64,000 bases of DNA from NCBI GenBank assembly GCA_965207885.1, contig OZ242311.1, forward strand, positions 4,192,001 through 4,256,000, read 5' to 3'. Position 1 is the first letter of the stretch; every line of letters starts with the position of its first letter. The DNA comes from Candidatus Latescibacterota bacterium (GTDB lineage: Bacteria > Latescibacterota > UBA2968). Positions 1 to 10,146 of the stretch are shown here, piece after piece. The notes beneath the pieces were generated by a model. It had not been told where the DNA came from, did no database searches, and was given only the letters and a program-made list of their open reading frames with translations. A program made the translations under genes and the position numbers.

Positions 1-2
1 CA

Positions 3-2264
3 GGGGCACTCGTGGCTGATCCGCTGATGGAAGCCACTGGTATCCTCCATTCCAAGCACACACTCGTAGTCATTCCGGATGATCCAGGGCTGGGAGAGTA
101 CCGCAAAGAGTTTGCTGGCCTTATAGGAACGCTACAAGAACACCCGTCTGAAGGGCCGGACGATACGCCCGGCTTTGCGGGTTCCCGGAGGATCAGCGGA
201 ACGGAGAGGCTATGGGAACACCTTGAAGAAAGTCCTTGCAACCGCGTCGATGCCCGCGCCTATCTAAAGGCGAAACTGATGGATCTTTTCATCGGCGACA
301 AGGACCGGCATTACGGCCAGTGGAGATGGGCGCAATTCCCCGATGGCGATTGTTATACATGGCTTACAATACCCGAAGATCGCGACCAGGCTTTTATCGG
401 CTTCAAGGGGTTTGCCATGGCAATGGCGCGCAAAAGGCTCCCCAGACAAATCACGTTCGGAGACAAATATCCAAGCCTGGTGGGTCTATCGACCACGGGT
501 TGGGAGATGGACCGCGAGTTTCTGTCCGAACTCAATAAGACCGCGTGGGATTCGGTAGTAACAGCGTTTCGAAAGGACCTGCCCGACCAGGTTATCGAGA
601 ATGCCGTGCGGAGACTTCCACCACCGTATTACAAAATGATTGGGGAAACGCTTACCCAAGCCCTCAAATCGAGGCGAGACGCATTGCCTGAATTTGCCAG
701 CAGATACTATGAATTGATTACCCGCCAGGTCGAAATCCAGGCAACCGATAAGGACGAATACGCCCAGTGTGAACACCTGCCGAACGGTGATCTCGCAGTC
801 CGTATCGGTCTGATAGAAGGTACTGGAGGAGAAAGGAAGACACCCTATTTCCAAAGAACTTTCCACCCTCAGGAAACCCGGGAAGTCCGAATATATCTCC
901 GGGGCGGAGATGACCACGCGGAAATATCGGGGATAAAAGGACAGATTGTCGTTCGCATTGATGGTGGCGGTGGGGATGACACGCTTACAAACGCATCCCA
1001 ATCTGGTGCCTCAAAAACCCGGTTTTATGATTATCGTGGAAAAAATCAGTTTGCCAAAGGCAAGGGCGCGAAAATCGACGAACGCCCCTACAAGCGACCT
1101 CCCGCGCGGCTTCTCCGCGCAAGGTATGCACTGGACTGGGGCGGACAGGCTGCTACTGCTCCGATTATCAGGGTAAACCCGGATATGGATGTATTCGTGG
1201 GGGCGACCTACCATCGACAGCATTTCGGGTATCGAAAAGACCCTTTCTCTTCGCAACATTTTTTCAAGATCGGGCTGGCGAAAGACAGTGATCTCAAGGG
1301 GATCAAGCCCTTTGCTTCCTATACTGGAAACTTTCGCGAACTCCTGCGCGACTTCGACGCGAAAATCTACTTAAAGTACTCCGGATTCCAGACAATTCGG
1401 TTCAATGGATTCGGTAACAAAACGGAAATTCCGCGTCCGTCTTCCTTCTATAAGGTGGAACAAAGACATTTCGTTTTCGCACCTGCCCTCGAGTTTCGAG
1501 CGGGAGATCATAAAGAAGATATGCCTCATATTGGTATGGGATCGCTCCGCTCGAAATTAACCATTGACTTTGGGCCAATTATCAAGTATTCAAACACACC
1601 TCTCAGTTCCAATCAGGAAAAATATATCGGTTCGCTCGATCAACCACTTTACGGTACGGACTCCTTCGGTCAGGTAGGCGCACTGGGTGAAGTCGCGTAC
1701 GACACGCGCAACGGTTTAGGGTATCCCACTCAGGGGGTCAGGGTCAGGGTTGCCGGAGCCATCTATCCGGGCGTCTGGGATGTAGAATCGACCTTTGGCA
1801 GCATAGATGGGGAAGCCAGTACTTACCTGACTGCTCCTATACCGACTACCCCGACCCTTGCCTTAAGAGCAGGTGGCAAGAAGGTATGGGGAACCTTTCC
1901 CTTCCACGAAAGTGCCTTTCTGGGCGGGTCTGGTTTTGTCGGCGGTGGCATATCCAGTGGCAATTTGCGCGGTTTCAGGAAAAACAGGTTCGCTGGAGAA
2001 ACTGCGCTGTATGGAAATTCCGAACTGCGGCTGGTTCTGACAAAAATCAAGCTTCTGGTATCGGGAGAGTTGGGGGTGTTCGGTACGGCTGATGCCGGCC
2101 GGGTAATTTATGACAAAGATCCGGACAATGCCGATAAATGGCACACCAGTATCGGAGGTGGAATCTGGCTGTCTTTTCTCAAGCGCCAGCAGACCTTTAG
2201 CGCGGCAATCGTAAAAGGCGATGACCTGACGGGAGTATATCTGCGCGCTGGTTTTATGTTTTAG
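3..2264 (+). CDS. Omp85 (BamA/TamA-family) outer-membrane protein with N-terminal atypical kinase-like region; 5'-truncated by window edge
   Basis: Frame open to window start; C-terminal barrel with Omp85-type LRGFRKNRF motif and terminal aromatic strand (YLRAGFMF); N-terminal DLFIGDKDRH...DRDQAF motifs; GGDD/GGGGDD glycine-aspartate repeats. Confidence 0.75.
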   Translation, partial: GALVADPLMEATGILHSKHTLVVIPDDPGLGEYRKEFAGLIGTLQEHPSEGPDDTPGFAGSRRISGTERLWEHLEESPCNRVDARAYLKAKLMDLFIGDKDRHYGQWRWAQFPDGDCYTWLTIPEDRDQAFIGFKGFAMAMARKRLPRQITFGDKYPSLVGLSTTGWEMDREFLSELNKTAWDSVVTAFRKDLPDQVIENAVRRLPPPYYKMIGETLTQALKSRRDALPEFASRYYELITRQVEIQATDKDEYAQCEHLPNGDLAVRIGLIEGTGGERKTPYFQRTFHPQETREVRIYLRGGDDHAEISGIKGQIVVRIDGGGGDDTLTNASQSGASKTRFYDYRGKNQFAKGKGAKIDERPYKRPPARLLRARYALDWGGQAATAPIIRVNPDMDVFVGATYHRQHFGYRKDPFSSQHFFKIGLAKDSDLKGIKPFASYTGNFRELLRDFDAKIYLKYSGFQTIRFNGFGNKTEIPRPSSFYKVEQRHFVFAPALEFRAGDHKEDMPHIGMGSLRSKLTIDFGPIIKYSNTPLSSNQEKYIGSLDQPLYGTDSFGQVGALGEVAYDTRNGLGYPTQGVRVRVAGAIYPGVWDVESTFGSIDGEASTYLTAPIPTTPTLALRAGGKKVWGTFPFHESAFLGGSGFVGGGISSGNLRGFRKNRFAGETALYGNSELRLVLTKIKLLVSGELGVFGTADAGRVIYDKDPDNADKWHTSIGGGIWLSFLKRQQTFSAAIVKGDDLTGVYLRAGFMF

Positions 2265-2282
2265 CTAATAAAGGAGGATGCG

Positions 2283-3194
2283 ATGCTCAACAACATCATC
2301 ATACGTCTCGCCATTTACTATATCACGTGGCTTTTGATTCTCAATGCGATTTTTCACATATTCCCCGAAATTCTCTATTACGTCGCCCAGGAGCGAGAAC
2401 GCATCTTTGTAGGATCATCCCTTGACTCCGGGGCCGATCCGCCCATTCCGCTTGGAAACATCCAGGAAGGGGTAAATCGGATCGCCGATCCGGAACACAC
2501 GATTCCAGTTGTAGTCGCTTTGGTACTGGCCTTCGGGGTTACCCTCCCTATTACCTGGGTATATGCCTGGACGCATCCGCCCAAGAAATACAGTCAAGCC
2601 TTTGTACAAACTCTGCTCGTGATACCTGTCGCCATCTCACTGGTTGTTTTTTTGGTGAAGGGTAGTCTTGCCCTTGCGTTCAGTCTGGCGGGTATCGTGG
2701 CCGCTGTCACCTTTCGGCTCTCACTCAAATCGACCATAGAGGGTGTGTACATGTTTATGGTCATCGGGATAGGGCTGGCGGCTGGCACCCAGCTTACGAC
2801 TGTGGCCTACCTCGCATCGTTGGCTTTCGTCACCATAACACTCGGCGTGTGGAAAATCAATTATGGCGCGCAGCCACCAGTACTATCCGGCTGGAGAATT
2901 GTTTCACCTGATCACTCGGTCCAGACCTCTGGGACAAAGGCCACCGGGAATTCCTATGATGCCCGGATTGAAGTACACACAACGAAGGTCGAAACAGCGC
3001 AAAAAGCAACAGCTCAAATCCTGAAATCCGGTACCAAACAGTGGCAAGTGGCAGATGTGATCGAGAAAGAAGATGGAACGGCCATCGTTGTGTATGATGT
3101 TTCGTTAAAACAATCCGTCGATCTGCCTTCCCTCATCCAGGATATTGAAAAAAGCAAAAAAAGTATCACAAACGCAACGCTGACTAAAGTTTAA
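2283..3194 (+). CDS. DUF4956-family membrane protein
   Basis: GGAGG RBS; multiple TM helices; SLALAFSLAGIVAAVTFR and IGIGLAAG motifs typical of DUF4956; soluble C-terminal domain. Confidence 0.7.
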   Translation: MLNNIIIRLAIYYITWLLILNAIFHIFPEILYYVAQERERIFVGSSLDSGADPPIPLGNIQEGVNRIADPEHTIPVVVALVLAFGVTLPITWVYAWTHPPKKYSQAFVQTLLVIPVAISLVVFLVKGSLALAFSLAGIVAAVTFRLSLKSTIEGVYMFMVIGIGLAAGTQLTTVAYLASLAFVTITLGVWKINYGAQPPVLSGWRIVSPDHSVQTSGTKATGNSYDARIEVHTTKVETAQKATAQILKSGTKQWQVADVIEKEDGTAIVVYDVSLKQSVDLPSLIQDIEKSKKSITNATLTKV

Positions 3195-3266
3195 AATTGG
3201 TATTCTTAAAGCCTCCCTGTCACCAGAGAGATCAGGTAGGCACACTCATAAACGGTATAATTGCAC

Positions 3267-4439
3267 ATGAAGAATCACACAGATAAATTTCTGCTGGGCT
3301 TCCTTTGTTTTGGCATTCTTCTCTACCTGTTGTCGATGGTCTATGGAGGAGATCCATCCTCAGATTTTAGTGAAAATTCGTCAAACGCAGATACAGATAC
3401 TTCTATTTTAGACACTTCTACCGTCCTTCCTTTGGCGGACACAATGGCGGTATTAATATCTCCCGAAAGCTATACACCAAACGAAGAGACCGCTTCAGAC
3501 ACTTCTATCGTCTCCCCTTTGGCGGACACAATGGCTGTATTAGACTATGAAGAGGATTCATCCTCAAATTTTAGTAGAAATCCGTCAGACACAGATATAG
3601 ATACTTCTATTTTCCGCCCTCTGGCGGACACAATGGCAGTATTACAAAGGAAAATATCTCTTGAGAGCTATACACTAAACGAAGAGACCGCGACGCACTG
3701 GAAGCTCCCCACGTATCTTGAAGAGATCTCTGGTTTGGCAATGACCAGAGACGACCGACTCCTGGCGCACAATGATGAAAGAGGAGTCATTTTCGAGATC
3801 GATTATCAGAATGGATCAATCGTGAAATCATTCCAACTGACGGATATGAAAAACCCGGTTGCCAGTGATTTTGAGGGCATTGCAACAATTGACGACCAGA
3901 TCTATTTAGTCACGAGTTCAGGGCGACTATACGAGTGTCGTGAGGGAACTGCTGGCGAGTCCGTTCTCTTCAATGTCTATACGACCGGGGTCGGCAGAGA
4001 CTGCGAAATCGAGGGCCTGGCGTATGACGAGAGCAAGCGGGCACTCTTACTGATGTGCAAGGACGCTCGCAGCGCAGACATGGAGGGACAGTTGGCAGTA
4101 TATCACTGGTCAATTGACGAGAAACAGCTAATCGGAGATGCACATACCGCAATACCTGTCGTGGAATTCTCTCAACACATCAAAGGAAAAAAATTCCAGC
4201 CTTCGGGAATCGAGCGACACCCGATGTCGGGAAATTACTTTATCGTAGCTGCGCGTCAGGGGGCTATCGCGGAGATTACGCCGGGTGGCCAGGTTGTTGC
4301 GGTCAGAGAGTTTCCTGCCCAGTGGCATCGTCAGGCTGAAGGTATTACCTTCGCTGCGGACGGCACGCTAATAATTGCCGATGAAGGCGCGGGGAAGAGA
4401 GCGAGACTAACCCTTTATCCGGTCTCGGATAGTCAATAA
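3267..4439 (+). CDS. SdiA-regulated (YjiK-like) beta-propeller protein with N-terminal anchor and repeated linker
   Basis: Hydrophobic N-terminus; blade motifs EISGLA, DFEGIA, IEGLAYD, PSGIE, QAEGITF...IADEG. Confidence 0.75.
   Translation: MKNHTDKFLLGFLCFGILLYLLSMVYGGDPSSDFSENSSNADTDTSILDTSTVLPLADTMAVLISPESYTPNEETASDTSIVSPLADTMAVLDYEEDSSSNFSRNPSDTDIDTSIFRPLADTMAVLQRKISLESYTLNEETATHWKLPTYLEEISGLAMTRDDRLLAHNDERGVIFEIDYQNGSIVKSFQLTDMKNPVASDFEGIATIDDQIYLVTSSGRLYECREGTAGESVLFNVYTTGVGRDCEIEGLAYDESKRALLLMCKDARSADMEGQLAVYHWSIDEKQLIGDAHTAIPVVEFSQHIKGKKFQPSGIERHPMSGNYFIVAARQGAIAEITPGGQVVAVREFPAQWHRQAEGITFAADGTLIIADEGAGKRARLTLYPVSDSQ
3351..3690 (+). repeat. Intragenic imperfect duplication encoding three PLADTMAVL units
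   Basis: YTGGCGGACACAATGGCNGTATTA at 3432, 3519 and 3621; 3351-3408 resembles 3556-3612; 3456-3493 resembles 3654-3690. Confidence 0.9.
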
Positions 4440-4497
4440 CAACAGTATAAACCCAACCTATTTCAAAGTCACTCATAACCAAAAAACAGGACACGCA

Positions 4498-5985
4498 ATG
4501 GCACATTCAAAACCCAACTTGCTCTACATCCACTCCGACCAGCACGACCCTTATGTGACGGGCTGTTATGGGGACAAAGTCGTACAAACCCCCCACCTCG
4601 ACAGCCTCGCGGCAAACGGCGTTATATTTGAAAACTGCTACTGCCCCTCGCCAATATGCGTGCCCTCGCGCATGTCCATGCTATCTGGGCGCTATCCCTT
4701 TGAAAACGAAGTGTGGACAAACTCCCATATTCTCGACTCGAGCATTCCCACATTTGCCCATGCAATGGGCGCAGGTGGTTACGATCCCGTACTCGTCGGA
4801 CGCATGCATTCCAACGGACCAGATCAGCTACACGGATATGCCCAGCGCCTCGTAGGCGATCACGGACCCAATCATTCCGGTGGTGGCGGCGTCAACCATG
4901 GGATGCTCTCGGGCACAGCAGGTCCCGCCCGCGTCAGCTTGACAAAATCGGGTATCGGGCAAAGTGCGTATCAGGTACACGACGAAGATGTAACCGCAGC
5001 AACCGTCGCGTATCTCGACCGCCTGGGCGTTAAAAAACGCGCGGGACAACCCTCAGAACCCTTCTCTCTAACCGTTGGGTTTATGCTTCCCCACCAGCCA
5101 TTTGTCGCGCGCCGCGCCGACTACAACCGCTACGACGGCCGCGTACCACCTCCCACTATCTCTGTCCCCTTCTCTGACGACCTGCATCCCCACATCAAAT
5201 CCTGGCGCGAACGCTGCGGCATTGCAACTGTCACAGAAGCCGAAATTCACCGCGCGCGCGCGGCATACTGGGCACTTGTGGATCGCATGGATTACATGAT
5301 CGGACAGATCCTCACAGCCCTCCGCCAAAACGATTTGTTCGAAAACACCCTCGTCATTTACATGTCAGACCACGGCGAACAAGCCGGCGAACACGGCCTG
5401 TGGTGGAAACAAACCTTCTACGAACACTCCGCCAAAGTACCCGCTATTCTCTCCTGGCCCGGTCACCTGTCCGAAGGCAAACGCTTTGACAACGTCATCT
5501 CTTCTCTCGACCTCAACGCCACCATGATCGACGCCATGCAATGTCCTGAACTCCCCCACTCTCGCGGGCGTTCGCTCCTGCCCCTTATGCGCGGCGAAAA
5601 CACATCCTGGGACAACCTCGCCTTCTCCGAATTTTGTCAGGATAGAGCAGGCGGTGGCGGACCCTTCTCCGCCGAAGGCGTGTACCAGCGCATGATTCGG
5701 CAGGACGAATGGAAATTCAATTATTACCACAATCAGCCCTGTCAACTCTTCAATCTGAAAGAAGACCCTAACGAATTGCACGACCACGCAAATGACCTCG
5801 CTTGTCAAAGCCTGATTAAAAATTTCACCACCCGCATCCTCGATGGCTGGGATCCCGACGCCATCGCATCTCAAATCGCCGCCCGAAACAGAGACACCCG
5901 CATCCTCACGGCCTGGGCACGCCACACCAAACCCGCAGATACGATCCGCTGGGACTTGCGCCCCGAAATGGATTATCTGGAATAG
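4498..5985 (+). CDS. Formylglycine-dependent sulfatase (choline-sulfatase-like)
   Basis: PNLLYIHSDQH start, CVPSR (CxPxR) signature, GRMH, SDHGE motifs. Confidence 0.9.
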   Translation: MAHSKPNLLYIHSDQHDPYVTGCYGDKVVQTPHLDSLAANGVIFENCYCPSPICVPSRMSMLSGRYPFENEVWTNSHILDSSIPTFAHAMGAGGYDPVLVGRMHSNGPDQLHGYAQRLVGDHGPNHSGGGGVNHGMLSGTAGPARVSLTKSGIGQSAYQVHDEDVTAATVAYLDRLGVKKRAGQPSEPFSLTVGFMLPHQPFVARRADYNRYDGRVPPPTISVPFSDDLHPHIKSWRERCGIATVTEAEIHRARAAYWALVDRMDYMIGQILTALRQNDLFENTLVIYMSDHGEQAGEHGLWWKQTFYEHSAKVPAILSWPGHLSEGKRFDNVISSLDLNATMIDAMQCPELPHSRGRSLLPLMRGENTSWDNLAFSEFCQDRAGGGGPFSAEGVYQRMIRQDEWKFNYYHNQPCQLFNLKEDPNELHDHANDLACQSLIKNFTTRILDGWDPDAIASQIAARNRDTRILTAWARHTKPADTIRWDLRPEMDYLE

Positions 5986-5993
5986 CGGTGCCT

Positions 5994-7136
5994 ATGAAAA
6001 CCGAACTCACCAGACTCGATTTGGCCTGCTGGGGCGGGTTTATGATGTTTGCCACCAGCGGTGTTGTCACCCCGATATGCCTGCCCGAAATATCCAGAAC
6101 CCTGTCCATCTCCCTCTCTGAAAGCGGCGGCCTGGAAACCGCGCGAACATGTCTTTTGCTCGTCGTCTTAATCCTGTCAGGCATCCTCGCGCGCAAATGG
6201 GGCAAAAAACATTTTGTGACCTATGGGCAATATCTCCTCGCCATCGGCCTTCTCATGATCAGCTATGCCGACAGCTATCCCATGCTCATCCTGTCCCTCA
6301 TGGTCACCGGCATTGGCGGTGGATTCACCGAAGCCCTCATCAATCCCCTGATCATCGACATTCACCCCAAAGACTCGGGCAAATACCTCAACATCACCAA
6401 CGCATTTTACCCCGTCGGCGTCCTGGTCTCCGCGCTCCTCTTTGGCGAACTCTTGACCCTCGGATATTCCTGGCGGCTCGTGTTTCGCATTGCCGCAGCA
6501 GGCGCGCTTTCCATGGGCATCTTATTCCACCTATTGCGCTTTCCCATACCCGTAGCAGATCAGCAATCATCCAAACACCTGATTGCACAAATCCTCAAAA
6601 CGCCCAAATTTTGGCTCTTTGCCATCGCCATATTTTTGGGCGCAGGTATCGAAGCGGCATTCACATTCTGGAGCCGCAGCTATGTGGAAACCTACCTCCA
6701 GGACATGCCCCGCGCCGGTGCAATTGCAGTTGTCCTCTTTGCGATCACAATGGCTCTGGGCCGCTTGCTTTCCGCAAAATTGTCCCAGATGATCAGCCTG
6801 AAAACCCTGATGCTCGGTTCCGCTATCCTCGGTGTCGTCGTCAGCAGCGGTATCCCCTTCTCCGAAAATCTGATCGGATTTTACATCCTGCTCCTTTTCG
6901 CTGGATTTGCAACCGCCTGCTTCTGGCCCACCATACTCGCCGAAGCCGCAGAACACCTGTCCTTTGACACCACTCTGCTCTTTGTCGTACTCGCCTGCTT
7001 TGGCATTGCCGGATTTGGCATCATCCCCTGGATCATGGGCGTTATCGGAGACACCGCCAGCCTGAAAGCGGGTTTCTCTGTTATTCCCGGCCTCTTTATC
7101 GGCTTAATCGTTGTACTCGCCATCACGAGGCGTTAA
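5994..7136 (+). CDS. MFS transporter
   Basis: About 12 hydrophobic segments; GILARKWGKK loop motif; sugar-permease-like pattern. Confidence 0.85.
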   Translation: MKTELTRLDLACWGGFMMFATSGVVTPICLPEISRTLSISLSESGGLETARTCLLLVVLILSGILARKWGKKHFVTYGQYLLAIGLLMISYADSYPMLILSLMVTGIGGGFTEALINPLIIDIHPKDSGKYLNITNAFYPVGVLVSALLFGELLTLGYSWRLVFRIAAAGALSMGILFHLLRFPIPVADQQSSKHLIAQILKTPKFWLFAIAIFLGAGIEAAFTFWSRSYVETYLQDMPRAGAIAVVLFAITMALGRLLSAKLSQMISLKTLMLGSAILGVVVSSGIPFSENLIGFYILLLFAGFATACFWPTILAEAAEHLSFDTTLLFVVLACFGIAGFGIIPWIMGVIGDTASLKAGFSVIPGLFIGLIVVLAITRR

Positions 7137-8659
7137 TCACCTGGCGGCCAAACTGTTTTTTTCGTATATGCCTCTTTCAGATCGCGCCAATACCGTCTGC
7201 CTTTGTGAACCAGATTTGTCGGCGCAAACCGCTTGTTCAAACCCTTCTCGTGACTCGACCGCCCCGTATCGGTTCGATATTGCAACGTGAACCGCATCAA
7301 TTGTGCGAGCAAATCAAAACGCGCATCTGCATATTCTGGATCGGCCCAAACATTTTCGATCTCACCCGGATCATTGCGGTGATCGTACAACTCGCCCTCA
7401 TCCAGGCTCCCGTAAAATACCAGCCGAAAATCGCGCGTGCGAATCGCCGACACCTTGCCCCCGGGATTGCCCCAATCCCACTCGCAAAATGCCGCGTCTT
7501 TGCCATCTGCTGTACCATTTACAAAAGGAATCAAATCGCGCCCATCGCGCCCATTGGGAATGGGAATATCGCAGAGACGACACAGCGTGGGATACCAATC
7601 GACCGATTCGACAATAGCATCACATGTCGCGCTCGATGGACCACCCGGATAGCGCAAGACAAAAGGAATGCGGTGAATCGAATCGTAAATCCCAAAATTC
7701 TTGTGAAACAACCCGTGGTCACCCGCAAAATCCCCGTGATCCGCGCAATACAACACCACGGTATTTTCCAACTCCCCCACCTCGTCCAGATAATCCAGCA
7801 CCCGCCCAATCTCGGAATCAATCGCCGTAATCAGCGCGTAATAACTCGCCAAACAGCGCTTCAAGCGATCGGGATTGGGATCGGCCAATGGATACCCACA
7901 CCCATCGGCCAAGCGCTCTTGCATAAACTCGGGCTTGCCGGCAAAGCGACGCTGAAAATAATCAATCGCACTATTGGGCAACACCATCTCATCGGGATTG
8001 TACATATCAAAATGCTCTGCCGCAGGCGCAATCGGTGCGTGAGGCCTTTGAAAACTCATGTGCAAAAAAAATGGGCGCTCATCGTCTCGCTCCTTCAAAA
8101 ACGCCAGCGACTCATTGCCCGTATAATGCTCAATCGAATGCTGATATGGCAGTTTGGCCGGCGCACTGCCATCCATTGTATATTCCTGCCCGGGTCTGGC
8201 CGAGCCTTCTTCGTAAAAATTCGACAACCCCAGATCTTCCAGATACTTAAAATAGTGCGTCTCGGTTGGATCCAAATGCGTCGCATCGCACAAATCCGTA
8301 TATCTGATACGCTCAAAACCATCTTCATCCCAGCGGCGAACCATGTGCGCCTTGCCAATCACAGCCGTTTGATACCCATATCTCCGAAACTGACACGCCA
8401 GCGTATTGGGATTCGCCTCGGGAATCTCCGAATGATCATTGCCAAACATCCGATGTGTGTGACAATACTGCCCGGTCATAAAACAGATCCGAGATGGCGA
8501 ACAAATCGGATTATTGCAAAAAGCGCGTGTAAACACCACCCCCTCATCCGCAATGCGATCCATATTGGGCGTCCTGACATTTGGATGCGCTGCAAATCCT
8601 GTGCAATTGGCATTGTGCTGATCCGACATCAGCCACAAAACATTGGGTCTTCGCGCCAT
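7133..8659 (-). CDS. Formylglycine-dependent sulfatase
   Basis: RPNVLWLMSDQH, CSPSR signature, GKAH, ADHGD; AGGAG RBS supports start at 8659. Confidence 0.9.
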   Translation of the reverse strand: MARRPNVLWLMSDQHNANCTGFAAHPNVRTPNMDRIADEGVVFTRAFCNNPICSPSRICFMTGQYCHTHRMFGNDHSEIPEANPNTLACQFRRYGYQTAVIGKAHMVRRWDEDGFERIRYTDLCDATHLDPTETHYFKYLEDLGLSNFYEEGSARPGQEYTMDGSAPAKLPYQHSIEHYTGNESLAFLKERDDERPFFLHMSFQRPHAPIAPAAEHFDMYNPDEMVLPNSAIDYFQRRFAGKPEFMQERLADGCGYPLADPNPDRLKRCLASYYALITAIDSEIGRVLDYLDEVGELENTVVLYCADHGDFAGDHGLFHKNFGIYDSIHRIPFVLRYPGGPSSATCDAIVESVDWYPTLCRLCDIPIPNGRDGRDLIPFVNGTADGKDAAFCEWDWGNPGGKVSAIRTRDFRLVFYGSLDEGELYDHRNDPGEIENVWADPEYADARFDLLAQLMRFTLQYRTDTGRSSHEKGLNKRFAPTNLVHKGRRYWRDLKEAYTKKTVWPPGD

Positions 8660-8763
8660 AAATTTCTCCTTTCGCAGTGTATGTGTTTGCAGACTGTAAG
8701 ATAAAACATTAAATTGTTTCAAACTTGATCAGAATGAATCGATCTTTTGCATAGGAAAAAACC

Positions 8764-10098
8764 ATGTTTTTTGACAACATCGCGCTCGGCGTACCCAGCA
8801 TTTTGCTCCCAAACCCCGAAATCGACTGTAGCAAATGGGCTGTCATCGCTTGTGACCAGTATGTACACGACATATCGTATTGGGAAGAAGTCAAACGCAT
8901 TGTGGGAGACACGCCATCAACCCTGGACCTCATCTATCCCGAAGTCTATCTCTACGACGACGAACACGAAGAACGCATTACCCGCGTACACAACAACATG
9001 AAACGCTTTGTCACCGATGGCATTTTTTGCGACGAAATCGAAGGCTTTTTGCTCGTTGATCGCATGCTGCCCTCGGGAAAATCGCGCAAGGGCCTTGTCG
9101 TAACCCTCGACCTCGAGCATTACGACAGCCGCAGCCAGTCCAAAACCCTCATCCGCACAACCGAGGGCACCTATCCCAAAAACCTTGAAGCGCGTTTTGA
9201 AGTTCGGGGCAACGCCTCGCTCGAATCACCACATATTTTAGTACTCATCGACGACCCGAAAAAAGAAATTATCGAACCCCTCTTTGACGAAGGCCATCCC
9301 AAGATCGTCGATTCCGAACTCATGATGAACGGAGGACAACTCAAATATCACTTAATCGACGGCCAGAAAGACATTGCACGCATTGCCCAAAAACTCGCCA
9401 AACGCATTGAACTCGATTACATCCAGCAAAAATACGGCGTCGAAAACGAAACACTCCTCTACGCCATGGGGGATGGCAACCACTCATTTGCCGCCGCGCA
9501 AAAAGCCTGGGAAAAAACCAAATCAACACTCAATAACAAGTCAGCACGACATCCAGCCAGACATGCTATGGTCGAATTGATCAACCTGCACGACGACGCG
9601 ATAGATATAGAACCAATTCACAGACTGATCACCCGCGTTGATCCACACACCGCCTGCAACACCCTCATCGCATTGCTCAATACATCGGGCACCCGGGCGC
9701 ATCTGGAAAAAGTCTCATCCCCCGACGCGCAACATCAGCGCACCGCAGCCCTATCATCTGCATCCACCTATTGCCTCCCCTACCGCGCCGCGGGAGACCT
9801 GGGCATACTCGTAATTGAAAACCCATCTCAAAGAACCATACCCGAAACAATGGAAGCCGCGCTCGACCTGTTCACGCGAGAAAACACCGAAGCCGAAGTC
9901 GGATTCATCCACGGCGAAGACGTAATCGACGACCTGGGCAACAAACCCGACGCACTCGGTTTTTACATGCCACCCATTTCAAAAGACAGCGTATTCGAGT
10001 CTATTGTCCGCCACGGCGCATATCCCCGAAAATCCATATCCATTGGACACGCCGACGAAAAGCGTTACTATATGGAATGCCGAAGCCTTGCATACTAA
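8764..10098 (+). CDS. DUF1015-family protein
   Basis: KWAVIACDQY, LYAMGDGNHS, IEPIHR, PRKSISIGHADEKRYYMECR motifs. Confidence 0.8.
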   Translation: MFFDNIALGVPSILLPNPEIDCSKWAVIACDQYVHDISYWEEVKRIVGDTPSTLDLIYPEVYLYDDEHEERITRVHNNMKRFVTDGIFCDEIEGFLLVDRMLPSGKSRKGLVVTLDLEHYDSRSQSKTLIRTTEGTYPKNLEARFEVRGNASLESPHILVLIDDPKKEIIEPLFDEGHPKIVDSELMMNGGQLKYHLIDGQKDIARIAQKLAKRIELDYIQQKYGVENETLLYAMGDGNHSFAAAQKAWEKTKSTLNNKSARHPARHAMVELINLHDDAIDIEPIHRLITRVDPHTACNTLIALLNTSGTRAHLEKVSSPDAQHQRTAALSSASTYCLPYRAAGDLGILVIENPSQRTIPETMEAALDLFTRENTEAEVGFIHGEDVIDDLGNKPDALGFYMPPISKDSVFESIVRHGAYPRKSISIGHADEKRYYMECRSLAY

Positions 10099-10146
10099 AC
10101 CATAATTTATAACGACCTCAATAGCAATCTCGATATGAGGGGATGT

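Noticed and set aside
3351-3690. Three spaced 24-nt repeats as a mini CRISPR array
   Set aside because: In-frame within a CDS, vary at synonymous positions, spacers are themselves related, and no cas genes are present
7205-8704. 499-aa + strand ORF
   Set aside because: Antisense shadow of the sulfatase; no recognisable motifs; explained by codon bias
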